In this document: piece by piece, positions 36,752 to 49,856 of the stretch
Layout: the number at the start of each line of letters is the position of its first letter
Numbering within the stretch: position 1 is the stretch's first letter
NCBI GenBank assembly: GCA_038087875.1
Contig: JAXLNO010004152.1
Coordinates: forward strand, 868,156-932,000
Direction: 5' to 3'
DNA: 63,845 nt
DNA from: Malacoraja senta
Lineage: Eukaryota
The notes under the pieces: generated by a model
Databases searched by the model: none
The model's input: only the letters and a program-made list of their open reading frames with translations
What the model was told of the DNA's origin: nothing
Program-made: the position numbers and the translations under genes

Positions 36752-37690
36752 TTAAGATAAGATAAGATAAGATATACCTTTAATAATCCTTTACAGGAAA
36801 TTACAGTGCCACGACAGCTTCAAGACAGACATAACACCACACATTTCCTCCAATAGCTTCCATACTTAACAAGTTAAAATACAAGTTAAAATACAAGTTA
36901 AAATACAATTAAAATACAGTTATTTATGCGCATTATATAACCTTATAGCAGCTGGTAAACAGGACTTCCTATGTCTCTCAGTTTTGCACATTGGTGCAAT
37001 CAGTCTCTGACTGAAGATGCTGCTCTTGATCACCTTCAGGGCATGGAGTGGGTGAGTGGGGTTGGTCATTATAGAACCCAGTTTGTTCAGAGTTCTGGCC
37101 TCTGCCACCTGCTGGACCGTTCGTTGCTCAGCCCCGACCACTGAGCCGGCCTTCCTGATCAGCTTGTCCAGTCTGTTTTTGTCCGCTATGCGGGCGCCAT
37201 CTCCCCAACAGGCCACAGCAAAAAACAGAGCACTGGCCACCACTGAATGGTAGACACTCCACAGTAGGGGTTGGCAGATGTTAAATGACCTCAGCCTCCT
37301 TAAAAAATACAGTCGGCTTTGTCCCTTCCTGTACACCGCCTCCATATGACACTTCCAGTCCAGCTCACTGTCAAGCTGCACACCAAGGTACCTGTGGTTA
37401 GCGACCACCTCCACCTCAGTGCCCTTAATGGTGATTGGTGTTGCTTGAGTCCTCCTCCTCCCCCTCCTGAAGTCCACAACTATCTCCTTGGTTTTTGTGG
37501 TGTTAAGATGGAGGTTATTGTGTGCACGCCACTCCACAAAGTTACTTATTATGTCTCTATACTCCTCCTCATTGCCCCCCTTTAATGAGGGCGACAACAG
37601 CTGTGTCATCCGAAAATTTCTGCAAAAAGCAGCTGTTGGTGTTATATTGGAGATCCGCTGTGTAGATGGTAAACAGGAATGGAGCGAGCA
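36752..37690 (-). mobile_element. 5'-truncated Rex1/L2-type LINE
   Basis: ORF 36920-37609 (LNTTKTKEIVVDFRR..YLGVQLD..RLYFLRRLRSF); (TTATC)n tail. Confidence 0.88.
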
Positions 37691-37964
37691 CAGTTACTGT
37701 GTGTTATTGTTAGCTTTAACTGTGCATGTCAGGTCCGAGACCCGGGTGTTTAGCTTCCCTTTCAACCGAATGTCCGAATGTCATGAAACGACGTCCTTTG
37801 AACTGACCCAAATGACCTGGACGTCCGATGTTGTACTTTGATTTGATTGTGGGTCTTTAATCTTTCCGTTTTGGGTATGAACCGATCTGTTGATAGGTCA
37901 CCGACCCTAGCAGGTGACTCTCATCCTCACTCGATGCTGCCCGACCGATTAGTCTTTCCACCGT

Positions 37965-38059
37965 AGGTACACAAAAATGCTGGAGAAACTCAGCGGGTGC
38001 AGCAGCATCTATGGAGCGAAGGAAATATGCAACGTTTCGGGCCGAAACCCTTCTTCAGA
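37965..38059 (-). mobile_element. ~95-bp Penelope-derived mini-element with intact minimal hammerhead core, 11-bp TSD
   Basis: CTTTCCACCGT at 37954-37964 and 38060-38070; minus strand reads CTGAAGA-A-GGGT-TTCG-GCCC-GAAACGTT. Confidence 0.82.
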
Positions 38060-38511
38060 CTTTCCACCGTGTTCTGCTCTTTTTCAGACTGACTCGCAGT
38101 CTTGTGTTCGATTGAAAGATTCAATTCTTCCTTCGTTGCCCCGAACCTTTAAAATAACATGAACGGCATTTGATTGCAAAACACAGACCCGTTCCTGTAT
38201 TCAAATATACAGATGAGTGCACGCAACTCCGGTTGGCACCACCCGTTCTTGTTACTCGCGTCCTCTTCCCCGAACAACTCCCGTTGAACAGTTTCAAGAA
38301 GGGAAAGAGAGACTTATGGACCGAAAGGATATCCACACTTACGGGGGAGAGTGGGGGCAGTGCGCTGAGTTTGGATGAACAGATACAGTCGGTTGAATAC
38401 CAGAGCAAATCGAGGTCCTAATCGGCCCGCCCCGACAATTTTTCTGTTTTTCACCGTCGATGTTTCGTTCACAACAGGAGCATGTGTACCTCAAGAGATA
38501 CTCGCGACATC

Positions 38512-38583
38512 GGGGATGTAGCTCAGCGGAAGAGCGCATGCTTTGCATGTACGAGGCACCGGGTTCAATGCCCGGCATCTACG
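38512..38583 (+). tRNA. tRNA-Ala(TGC) variant, possible pseudogene
   Basis: GGGGATGTAGCTCAG...CTTTGCATG...GGTTCAATGCCCGGCATCTACG; G3:U70 kept, G2:A71 mismatch, G73. Confidence 0.88.
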
Positions 38584-38711
38584 CGGTGTTTAAAAAATCG
38601 ACGGGAAATTTACAAAGACGTCTGGCCGAAGTTTTGAACAGATTCTGACTGTAAAATCCAAACTCGGCGGTGGCCTGACTCCCAGAGAGCTGTGAAAGTG
38701 TTAGTTGCCTA

Positions 38712-39325
38712 GAAACATATAAACATAGAAAATAGGTGCAGGAGGAGACCATTCGGCCCTTCGAGCCAGCACCGCCATTCATTGTGATCATGGCTGATCG
38801 CCACAATCAATAACCCGTGCCTGCCTTCTCCCCATATCCCTTGATTCAACTAGCCCCTAGAGCTCTATCTAACTCTCTCTTAAATCCATCCACTGATTTG
38901 GCCTCCACTGCCCACTGTGGCAGGGAATTCCACAAATTCACAACTCTCTGGGTGAAAACGTTTTTTTCTCACCTCAGTCTTAAATTGCCTCCCCTTTATT
39001 CTAAGACTGTTGTCCCTGGTTCTGGACGAGCCCAACATTGGGAACATTTTTCCTGCATCTAGCTTGTCCAGTCCGTTTATAATTTTATATGTTTCTATAA
39101 AATCCCCCCTAATCCTTCTAAACTCAAGTGAATATAAGCCTAGTCTTTTCAATCTTTCCTCATATGACAGTCCCGCCATCCCAGGGATCAATCTCGTAAA
39201 CCTACGCTGCACTGCCTCAATCACAAGGATGTCATACCTCAAATTAGGACACCAAAACTGTACACAGTACTCCAGATGTGGTCTTATCAGAGCCCTATAC
39301 AACTGCAGAAGAACCTCTTTACTGC
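38712..39325 (-). mobile_element. 5'-truncated CR1 LINE
   Basis: RPHLEYCVQFW motif and CR1 3' tail. Confidence 0.9.
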
Positions 39326-40349
39326 TAGAGCATTCAACCACATTTAATTGTCACATGTTCCAAACACAGAAAAATACAATTCTTGCAGCAGCATATCGGA
39401 TCTGTAAACAGATTACACGTTTTACTCATCGATAATACTATTTTAAAAAATGAAAATCAGAAAAAAATGTTTTTCAAAAGACCAAATGCATTAGCGTGTA
39501 TTTAGATAATTATCATGTGTACCAAGGTACAGTGGAAAGCTTACGTTGCGTGCTATCCAATCAATTAAAAAACTGAAAATGACAAAGGGTAACAATACAA
39601 AATGCATGGTACAATCTGATAATGACCGATTAAAGTTAAAGCAAACGTCTCCAATGAGGTCGATGGGAGGTCGGGACCACTCTCCAGCTAGTGAGAGGAT
39701 AGTTCACTTGTCTGATAAATGCTAGGAAACCAAGTTAGTTCGCAGTTTCCTTTAGATGGTATTTGTAGTTGTGGGGGATAAATCACCTCCAATATCCCAC
39801 ATTTAACATTTTACTTTGTTCGTTGTAAGGGTCTGCGAACCGAGAGCGAATACACAGTGGGAGCGGCGAGCACAAGAATAATAACCTAAAGTTGGGGGCA
39901 TTGGGGATGTGAACAATGACACGGTGGGAGCAGTGAGCACAGCGATAATAACCTGGATGTTGGGATCTGGTTAACGCGAACAGGGACATGGGAGGAATAG
40001 GGGTGTCGTGATAATAACGCGATAAGGCAGAAACTACGAAAGGAAGGAAGACAGGAAATAGAATGGAGGAAGGGAGACCTAAAGAAAGTAACAGCGACAG
40101 AAAAAATACTGCAGATGCGAGAATCTGAAGCAAAATGTAAACTGCTGGTAGACATTAGCGCAGCGTGCAACATTTCGGAGGAGAAACAAACGTACGTTTC
40201 AAAATAGAATTCTAGAAGGGAAATGCGTTGGGAATGATATAAGAGACGATACGATACGAAACAGAACGATAGGATGTACGATGGGACATAAATTGACAAA
40301 CTAAAAGAATGGAAGGCGCACAACAGAACAACATTACGAAACAACAGAA

Positions 40350-43080
40350 AAACAAGGACTTCTCTCGAGCTGCTGCCCTGTGTTTCACCTGGCTTTGTGA
40401 GTCGACCCCGGACAGCGCGCTGCAACTTGCTGGCTTCCATCTTCACAGAGCGGATCCCGAAGTGGAGGCAGCGGGGAAATCAAGAGGCGGTGGAATATGC
40501 TTCTATACCAACCAGGACTGGTGCAGCGACATCATGGTATTGTCAAATTTCTGCTCTCCCAACCTAGAATCCCTCGTTATGAACTGCAAAGCCTTCTACT
40601 CACCGAGGGAATTTAACTCCTACATTCTCGCTGGAGTTTACATTCCCGCCCATGTCTGCGTACGTGAGGCGCAAACGCAACTCGCTGACCAGGTAATGGG
40701 GGTAGAGAGTGACTTCCCGGACTCTGTGGTCATTGTTTTGGGGGACTTTAACAAAGCTAACCTCAGCCGTGACCTTCCAAAATACAGACTTCATGTTACC
40801 TGCCCCACCAGAGTGGAGAGAACACTCGATCACTGTTACACGGCAATCAAGAACGTATATCGCTTTATTTCCCGGGCGGGTCTGGGTCTCTCTGATCATT
40901 GTCTAGTTCACATTTTTCCGACCTACAGGCAGAAACTAAAAGCTGCTCACCTTGTGGTCAGAACAACGTAAAGGTGGACAAGTCAAGTCAAGTCAAGCCA
41001 AGTTTATTCGTCACATACACTTACGAGATGTGCAGTGAAATGAAAAGTGGCAATGCTCGCGGACTTTGTGCAAAAAACAAACAAACAAACAAGCAAACTA
41101 CAAACAGGATGGAACAGAATCACATATTCTTTTACATATTACATATTGTGGGAGGAAGGAAAAAGGAAAAAAAACACAGCAATTTAAAAAAAACCGGTAG
41201 AATGGTACAGTAAAGTTAGTCCCCGGTGAGGTAGGAGTTTACAGTCCTAATGTCCTCTGGAAAAAACTCCTTCTCAACCTCTCCGTTCTCACAGCATGGC
41301 CGTAGCCGCTGGAACAGTCCGTTGCAGGGGTGGAAGGGGTCTTCCATGATCGTATTGGCTCTGGAGTTGCACCTTCTGATGTATAGTTCCTGCACTTAGG
41401 ACAAGCGAGGGCATTGAGAACCTACAATCCTGCTTTGAGTGCACGGATTGGAATGTGTTCAGGGAAACAACCACAAGCCTCGATGAGTATACGGACACTC
41501 ATTCATCATATGTTAGCTTTTGCGAGGACAGTTGCCTCCAACTAAGACACGGACATGGTTCAACAACAACGAGTCCTGGTTCACTGCAGAACTCAGACAG
41601 CTCCGACGGTCTAAAGAGGAGGCCTACAGGAGCGGGGAAGCAGACCTCTACAGGCAGCCCAAGTAGAAGCTGAGAAGAGGAATCAGAGCTGCCAAGGAAA
41701 GGTATTCTGAGAAGTTGAGGAGCAAGTTCTCAGCTATTGAATCTTCTTCAGTTTAGAAGGGCTTGCAAGAAATTACCACCTACAAGAGGAAAGCCCCCCG
41801 CTCTTTGGACAATCGTCAGCTGTCCAACGACGTGAATGAGTTTTACTGCAGCTTTGAAAATCAGAAACGTAACCCTAGTACCCCCTCCCCCTCCCCAACG
41901 AACACAGCAAAGCCCAGTGTGCAAAGAATGGACCCTGCACCCTCTCCTTCCGATTCACCACTTCACACCTACTTAGGTATGGTGCGGCGGAGCCTATCGG
42001 CAGCGGCTCGACTACAGTCCGTCTGTCTTTTTTTAATTTTTGTCTCGTTAAATGTATGTCTTGACTTTAGTTTTTATTATTTTACTTTAGCTGTGTATAT
42101 GTGTGTGTGTGCGTGTGTGTGTGGGGGGGGGGCGTTGGTCACTTCCCTGTACGGGGACCCGACTCTTTCCCTGTCGGGTCTCCGATGTCGTTGGGCCTAA
42201 CATCGTGGAGACGGCGGCGGTTTCCGGCCGGGACCAACCTGAGGGCTTCAGTCGCGGAGCCTGCGGACCTGACATCGCGGAGCTGACCGTCTTCGGAGCG
42301 GGAGGAGTTGTGGTGGCGCGCGGCTGCGACCCGACTTCGGAGCTTCGGAGGCTCCGGCCGCAGGCCCGGTGGACAGGAACATCGGGAGCTCGCAGGTCCC
42401 TGGTGGGAGACCGCTTTTCAAAGCTCCCGCAAGGGCAACTTCACCCGCTGGAATCGCGGGGTTCAAAGGACTCGGAGCGGGGCCTAACAAGGCACAACAG
42501 AAGATGTACTCCCTACGGCAGCTGAGGAAGCACAATCTGCCACAGGCAATGATGGTCCAATTCCACACGGCCACCGTAGAGTCTGTTCTCGCCTTCTCCA
42601 TCATGGTCTGGTTTAGCTCAGCCACCAAGCACGACACCAAGCACGACACCTGGAGGGTGCAGCGAATCGTCCGATCAGCTGAGAAGGTTATTGGCTGCAA
42701 CCTTCCCTCCATTGATGAACTGCACACTGCAAGGGCCAGGAAGCGAGCAGGCAAGATCATCTCTGATCCCTCTCACCCTGGCCACAAACTCTTTGAATCA
42801 CTTCCTTCTGGAAGGCGACTCCAGACTGTCAAAGCTGCCACAGAGAGACATAAAAACTGTTTTTAGCCACGAGTAGTTGCTCTACTCAACTGCCAAAAAT
42901 CTGTAGCCTTCCTTTGATCTGGTATTTTGTTGGTTCACATGCTTGATCAATGGTGTTTTATCATGAATGTTTTATTATTATTAATGATTAGTGTTTTCTG
43001 ATTCATTCGTAACTGTCACTGTATGTCATGTTGTACAAATTCCTTGAATGTGAATACTTGGCCAGTACATTTACTTGCAT
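40350..43080 (+). mobile_element. Rex1/Babar LINE remnants (APE endonuclease, linker, C-terminus) split by insertions (~40980-41395, ~41980-42485)
   Basis: ORF 40309-40971 (RGGGIC, GVYIP, LGDFN, LDHCY, SDH); QQKMYSLRQLRK C-terminal region. Confidence 0.85.
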
Positions 43081-43107
43081 TACGCCGTTATTTACTTGAT
43101 ACCCGTC

Positions 43108-43179
43108 AGTAGAGTGGCGCAGAGGGAGCGTGGTGGGTCCATACCCCAGAGGTTGATAGATTGAAACTATCCTTTAATA
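43108..43179 (+). pseudogene. tRNA-iMet pseudogene
   Basis: AGTAGAGTGGCGCAGAGGGAGCGTGGTGGGTCCATACCCCAGAGGTTGATAGATTGAAACTATCCTTTAATA; broken acceptor stem. Confidence 0.88.
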
Positions 43180-43557
43180 ATTTCCTCATTATTTATTTTC
43201 CATCCACGCATTTCTATCGGAATACAAATTTATTTCAGTTTCACAAATGAACCCGGTAATGGTAAAACAGACGATAAAGCATTGTCAGCCACGCAGATAA
43301 CCATGGGGTTATCCCAGTGGAGCGATGGGCATGAATCGGTCTCGGAGTGCAAAGGGACGGTTCGAGGAGATAGACCAGAACGTTGCCCGTGGTGGCGCGC
43401 GTCAGGCACGATGCGAGACTGGAAAAAAACTAGGTTTATTGTCCTGGGAACTATACATCTGAGTGGATTTAAGAAGTTGTATGTGAATTTCCCGCGGCAG
43501 ACCACTCGCCCCTCGAGTTCTGTACGGATCATGTATGAAGTGGATTTCTAACAGTTC

Positions 43558-43616
43558 AATTGAACCCGGGTCAACTGCGTGGAAGGCAGCTATGCTAGCC
43601 ACTATAGCACCATCTC
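43558..43616 (-). pseudogene. 3'-truncated tRNA-Gly(TCC) pseudogene
   Basis: GAGATGGTGCTATAGTGGCTAGCATAGCTGCCTTCCACGCAGTTGACCCGGGTTCAATT, followed by a deletion. Confidence 0.88.
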
Positions 43617-43776
43617 TATAGAATGCCAGCGGAGATTTGAATGCGGAATAATGTGCAATGCTGTTTGGCTTTGCGAGTTCATCAGTCCCTTGCTCCCTGG
43701 CAGATAATTTCTCATTCTGCTGCAGTTCCAGCTGCGTCCAGTTCATGTCCACATCCTGCCACAGATCGGAGTTATG

Positions 43777-46700
43777 ACAATACACAATAGACAATAGACA
43801 ATAGGTGCAGGGGTAGGCCATTCGGCCCTTCGAGCCAGCACCGCCATTAAATGTGATCATGGCTGCTCATCCCATATCAGTACCCCGTTCCTGCCTTCTC
43901 CCCATATCCCCTGACTCCGCTATCTTTAAGAGCCCTATCTTGCTCTCTCTTGAAAGTATCCAGAGAACCGACCTCCACCGCCCTCTGAGGCAGAGAATTC
44001 CACAGACTCACAACTCTCTTTAAGAAAAAGTGTTTCCTCGTCTCAGTTCTAAATGGCTTACCCCTTATTCTTAAACTGTGGCCCCTGGTTCTGGACTGCT
44101 CTAACATAGGGAACATGTTTCCTGCCTCAAGCGTGTACAAACCCTTAATAATCTTATATGTTTCTATAAGATCCCCTCTCATACTTCTAAACTCCGGAGT
44201 ATACAAGCCCAGCCGCTCCATCCTCTCAGCATATGACAGTCCCGCCATCCCGGGAATTATCCTTGCAAACCTACGCTGCATTCCCTCAATAGCAAGAATG
44301 TCCTTCCTCAAATTCGGGGAGAAAAACTGCACATAATACACCAGGTGTGGTCTCACTAGGGCCCTATACCGCTGCAGAAGGACCTCTTTGCTCCTATACT
44401 CAACTCCTCTTGTTATAAAGGCCAACATGCCATTCGCTTTCTTCACTGCCTGCTGTACCTGCATGCTCACTTTCATCGACTGATCAACAAGAACCCCCAG
44501 ATCCCGTTGTACTTCCCCTATTCCCAACTTGACACCATTCAGATAGTAATCTGCCTTCCTGTTTTTGCTCCCAAATTGGATAACCTCACATTTATCCACG
44601 TTAAACTGCATCTGCCATGCATCTGCCGACTCACGCAACCTGTCCAAGTCATCCTGCATTCTCATCGCATACTCCGCACAATTCACACTGCCACCAGCTT
44701 TGTGTCATCTGCAAATTTGCTAATGTTACTTTGAATCCGTTCATCTAAATCATTGATGTATATTGTAAACAGCTGCGGTCCCTTGTATGTTTATTGTAAA
44801 TAGCCTTGCTGTTCCCCACTAGTCACTGCCTGCCATTCTGAAAGGGACCCGTTAATCCCTACTCTTTGTTTCATTTCTGCCAACCAATTTTTTATCCATG
44901 TCAGCAATCTACCCCAATACGATGTGCCCTAATTTTGCCCACTAATCTCCTATGTGGGACCTTATCAAATGCTTTCTGAAACTCCAGGTACACTACATGC
45001 ACTGGCTATCCCTTGTCCATTTTCCAGTTACATCCTCAAAAAATTCCAGAAGATTAGTCAAGCATGATTTCCCCTTCGTAAATCCATGCTGACGCGGACC
45101 GATCCTGTTAATGCAACCCAAATGGGCCGCTATTTCATCTTTTATAATTGACTCCCGCATCTTCCCCACCACCGATGTCAGGCTACCTGGTCTATAATGC
45201 TCTGTTTCCACTCTCCCGCCTTTCTTAAAAAGTAGGATAACATTAGCTACCCTCCAATGCACAGGAACCGATCCTGAATATATAGAACATTGAAAAATTG
45301 TCACCAATGCATCCACGATTTCTAGAGCCACTTCCTTAACTACCCTGGAATGCAGACCATCTGGCCCTGGGGATTTATCAGCCTTTAGCCCCATCAGTCT
45401 ACCCAACACCATTTCCTGCCTAATGTGGTTTCATTCAGTTCCTCCGTCACCCCGGATCCTCTGGCCACTAGTATATCAAGAAGATTGTCTGTGTCCTCCT
45501 TAGTGAAGGCGGATACAAAGTACCTGTTCAACTCATCTTCCATTTCCTTGTTCCCCATAATAAATTCACATTTTTCAGTCTTCAAGTGTCCAACATTTGG
45601 TCTTAACTATTTATTTTCCTCTTCCCAAACCTAAATAAGCTTTTACTATCCTCCTTTATATTCTTGGCTAGATTACTTTCGTACCTCATCTTTTCTCCCC
45701 GTATTGCATTTTTAGTTATCTTCTTTTGCTCTTTAAACATTGCCCAATCCTGTTGCTTCCCGCTCATCTTTGCTACGTAATACTTCTTCATTTTTATTTT
45801 TATTCTGTCCCTGACGTCCCCTGTCAGCCACGGTCGCCCCTTATTCCCCTTGGAATCTTTGTTCCTCTTTGGAATGAACTGAACCTTCAACTTCTGTATT
45901 ATTCCCATAATTACCTGCCATTGTTGTTCCACTGTCATCCCTGCTAGAGTATCATCCAGTCAACTTTGGCCAGCTCCTCCTCATGGCTCCATAGTTCCCT
46001 TTATTCAACTGTAACACTGACACCTCCATTTTATCCTTCTCTTTCTCCAATTGTAGATTAAACTTGACCATATTATGGTCAATACCTCCTAATCGCTCCT
46101 TAACCTCAAGTTCCTTTATCAAATCCGGTTCATTACATAACTAAAATCCAGCTGCTCTAAGAATCCATCACGGAGGCACTCCACAAACTCCCTTTCATTG
46201 GGTCCAATAGCAACCTGATTTTACCAGTCTACCTGCATGATGAAATCTCCAATAACAACCGTAGCATTACCTTTACTACATGCCAATTTTAACTCCTGAT
46301 TCGACTTGCATCCTATATCCAGGCTACTGTTTTGGGGGCTTGAAGATAAGTCCTATTAGGTTTTTTTTACCCTTACAATTCCTTAGTTCTATCCATACTG
46401 ACTCCACATCTCCTGTTTGAATGTCACCCCTTGCAAGGGACTGAATTTAATTCCTCAGCAACGGAGCTACCCCAACCCCATTTCCCGCCAGTCTGATTTT
46501 CGATAGGAGGTATACGCTTGAATACTCAGTTCCCAGCCCTGACTCTATTGCAGCCATGTCTCTGTAATACCCACTACATCGTACTTGCCAATATCTAACT
46601 GAGTCTCGAGCTCGTCCACGTTATTTCTTATACTTCGCACATTCATATACAACACTTTGACCTCGGTTTTCACCTTCACACTCGCACCGCTCGCAATTGG

Positions 46701-48240
46701 CCCTGACCATACTCTCTTATCCTTCTCGAACTTTCAATCCGATTAATTCGAGAGTCTTTTGTAACTTTTCCTGTACTCAGTTCCCCTTCAACTACATCTT
46801 TATAATCCCAATTTTTCAATCCCTCCCCCAACTTAGTTTAAACTCCCTCGTGTAGCACTAGCAAACCGGCCTGCCAGAACGTCGGTCCCCCTCCAGTTAA
46901 AGTGTAACCCGTCCTTTTTGTACAGGTCATCCCTACCCCAGAAGTGATCCCAGTGGTCTATAAATCTAAATCCTTGCACCCTGCACAAGCCCCTCATCCA
47001 CACACTCAAATCCCCTATCTCTCTGTTCCTGTCCTCACTAGCACGAGGTACTGGAAGCAATCCAGAGATAACCACACTAGAAGTCCTGCTTGGCAGTCTT
47101 CTTCCTAACTCCCTGAACTCACGTTGCAGAAACTCCTTCCTCTTCTTCCCGATGTCGTTTTGCCCACGTGCACACTACTGCCGGCTGTTCACCTTCCCTC
47201 GCAAGGATGTTCTGAATTCAGCTCGTAACATCCTGAACCATGGCACCAGGGAGAGAACAGACCATCCTCGCGTCTCGTCTGCCGCTACAGAATCTCCTGT
47301 CCGCTCCTCGGACAATGGAGTCACCCACTACTATGGCTCTGCCCGACGTCGGTCTCGCCGGTCGAGTTCCATCTCTAGGATTAGAACCACCGACGTGTCC
47401 GCCGCTCGGACAGAAAACGTCGTCTCCCCCGACAGTTCCCAAGTGGGCGTACCTGTTTTCATTAGGCACAGCCACCTGGGTGTCCTGCACTCCACGGTTA
47501 CCACCCTTTCTCTCAGTCACACACCTTGGTTCTTCCAGTATCCTCTGCGTTGGAACCTCACTGTAGGTCCTGTCCATGCAACTCTCGTTTTCCCGGATGG
47601 CGCTTAGTTCATCCAGCTGCTTCATCAGTGCCCCGACATGGTCATTCAGTAGCTGAACCTGGACGCACTTGTCACAGTTGTAGCAGCCAGAGGCTCCATC
47701 TGTGTCCGTGGGCTCCCACATCCGGCAAGCATCACACTGTCTCATCGTACAAGTCATGTGTTCACCGCATCCCTTCCTCACCATCTTTTTGCGTAGTCTC
47801 CTCTCCTCAGCCTCCTCGCTGAAGACTCTCGAGCCAAAGACTCACACTTTACTCATAAGCCACTTCCCTCACAAGGCCGCTCCCTCACTGCCGCTCCCAT
47901 AGAGCAGCCTTGTTATATTGACTGATAAATTGCCTAATTTGCCAATTTACAAATCAAATTCCTCAGTTAAACCGTTTTCCCCCTCTGACTCACCTCTGCA
48001 ACGGGTTTCAACCAATAAGCTCTTCTCCCTGCTCTTTGATCGCTGCTTCTCCGAGATCCACGTAAGCATTGGGCTAACACTGTCTTTTTGCCTATTTTTT
48101 CAGACTGTTTTTCCCCTCTGAATCACCTCCGACTCACCTCTAACTCACGTTTCCCACGGGTTTCAGCCAATAAGCTCTTTTCCCTGCTTATCTTTGATTG
48201 CTGCTTCTCCGAGATACACGTAAGCACTGGGCCTTGCACA
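43777..48240 (-). mobile_element. Near full-length degraded CR1 LINE
   Basis: ORF1 pieces 47218-47784 and 46833-47075 (GDS, DGLH); ORF2 pieces down to 43877; (CTATTGT)n tail; ~150-bp tandem duplication at 47985-48232 in the 5' region. Confidence 0.92.
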
Positions 48241-48347
48241 ATACCCAATGTTTCTTCACCCGGTAACGAACTGAAGTAACAGTCGACACCTGCAGCAGTC
48301 GACGAACAACACATCGTTTCATGCAACTCACATCAGCCACGAGGTCA

Positions 48348-49856
48348 TCTCCATATTACTAAAAGTGTTCGTCTTGTTATTGTGTGTGTGCCCACGATCT
48401 GTCAATCTGCCTTTTCCTATCTTCTTCCAACCGCTAGGCGACAGCCTTCCCATTTTCACATATCCTACTCAAACATTTGCCGTCGTGGCGAAAAACGTCT
48501 TCCCGTCGCACTCCCACATATATTTCCGAAGTTATTCGTCCTTTCAATTTTAAAACATCCCCAAAACTTACACATTTCGAAAAAAAACCCTGACGTCACA
48601 ATGCACTCGCAAGGCAGAACGGGACACTCCGGGCGGGAGGAGCACTGTAACGCTCGCGGCACAATGCACTCGCAAAGCAGGACGGGACAATCCGGGAGGG
48701 AGGGGTTCTCCAGCGCTCGGGGTGAACGAGGAGTGGCGGTGGCTGTCGGCGCCCGATGCCCGATTACCTGGTAGGGACGTTGGTACCGCGGGCCGAGCCC
48801 GGGGACTGGGCCTGGGCTGGAATCGAGCAAGGTGCTGGAGCTGGAGTTAGTGCCGAGCCCGGGGCTAGGGTTGGAGCTGGAGTTACGGCCGTGACCGGGA
48901 CCGACAAAGAAGCCGCTGCTGGATCCTTGGTCCGGGGTCAGGGACGATCTCCGTGATGACGTCGGGACCTGTACTGCAGCCAGGCGGCCGCTGAGCTGAA
49001 GGATGTAGTCTACAGCCTGGGCCGGCCCGAGTACGAGAACCAGGCCGAGTTCCAGGACTTGTCGCTCCTCTACGACCTCGGTAGGTGCTGAGGCAGGGAA
49101 TGGGAGTGAGGGGAGTAGGATGAGGGAAATGGGGAGGCAGATGGGGTGGGGAATGGGGTGGTAGGGGGTAATAGGGGGGTGTGGAGGAGGGAGATTGGGA
49201 GGGGTGGAGGAGGGAGATGGGGCGGGGAGTGGAGTGCAGAGGGAGATGGAGGGTGTGTGGAGGAGGGAGAAGGGAAGCTGCGTAGCAGGGAGATGCACCC
49301 TCCCTATCTACTCTCACTCCCACCCTCTCTACCCCCCTCCTTCTCTACCCCTTCCCTCTTCCGACCTCCATCTCCCTCCCTCGCTATTCCCTCCCTCGCC
49401 CTCTCCCTCTCTACCCTCCAGCCCCCACTCTACGACCCTCCCTCTCCCTCTACGCCCCTCCCTCTCTCTCTCCAGCCCCTCCTCTCTGACCCTCTCCCTC
49501 TCTGCGCCCCTCCCTCTACCCTCCCGCTCCACTCCCTCTCCCCTCCCTCTCCCTCTCTACCCTCTCCCGTCCATCTACACCCCCAACCACTCCATCTCTA
49601 CACCCCCCTTCCTTTTTAACCCTCTCCCTCTCTACCCCAGCTCCCTCTATCACCCCTCCCTTTCTACCACTTCTCCCTCCCTACACCCACCTCCCTCTCT
49701 AGGGATTGAAGAGGGAGGGTGAAGAGGAGAAGGAGTGAGTGCTGGGGGATGGGGAGAAATGAGCCGCGCATGCGCAACCGCTTGCGTTGGTGTAACGGGT
49801 GAGTGGTGGAATATTGCGTTGAGGGGGCGGGGCCCAACGGGTCTGCACTTGGCTAG
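48348..49856 (+). mobile_element. Non-autonomous Helitron-like element with captured exon-like sequence
   Basis: A|TCTCCATATTACTAAAAG 5' end; GGCCC-AAC-GGGTC hairpin, then CTAG at 49853-49856 (followed by A rather than the canonical T). Confidence 0.6.
48960..49086 (+). pseudogene. Exon-like coding fragment of an unidentified gene, ending at a GTAGGT splice donor
   Basis: RRDLYCSQAAAELKDVVYSLGRPEYENQAEFQDLSLLYDL; 36 of 40 codons end in G/C; G|GTAGGT at 49080-49086. Confidence 0.55.

Noticed and set aside
49095-49740. Pro/Ser- and Gly/Glu-rich ORFs (also at 15160-15640 and 55930-56225)
   Set aside because: Low-complexity polypurine/polypyrimidine tracts that lack stop codons by composition.
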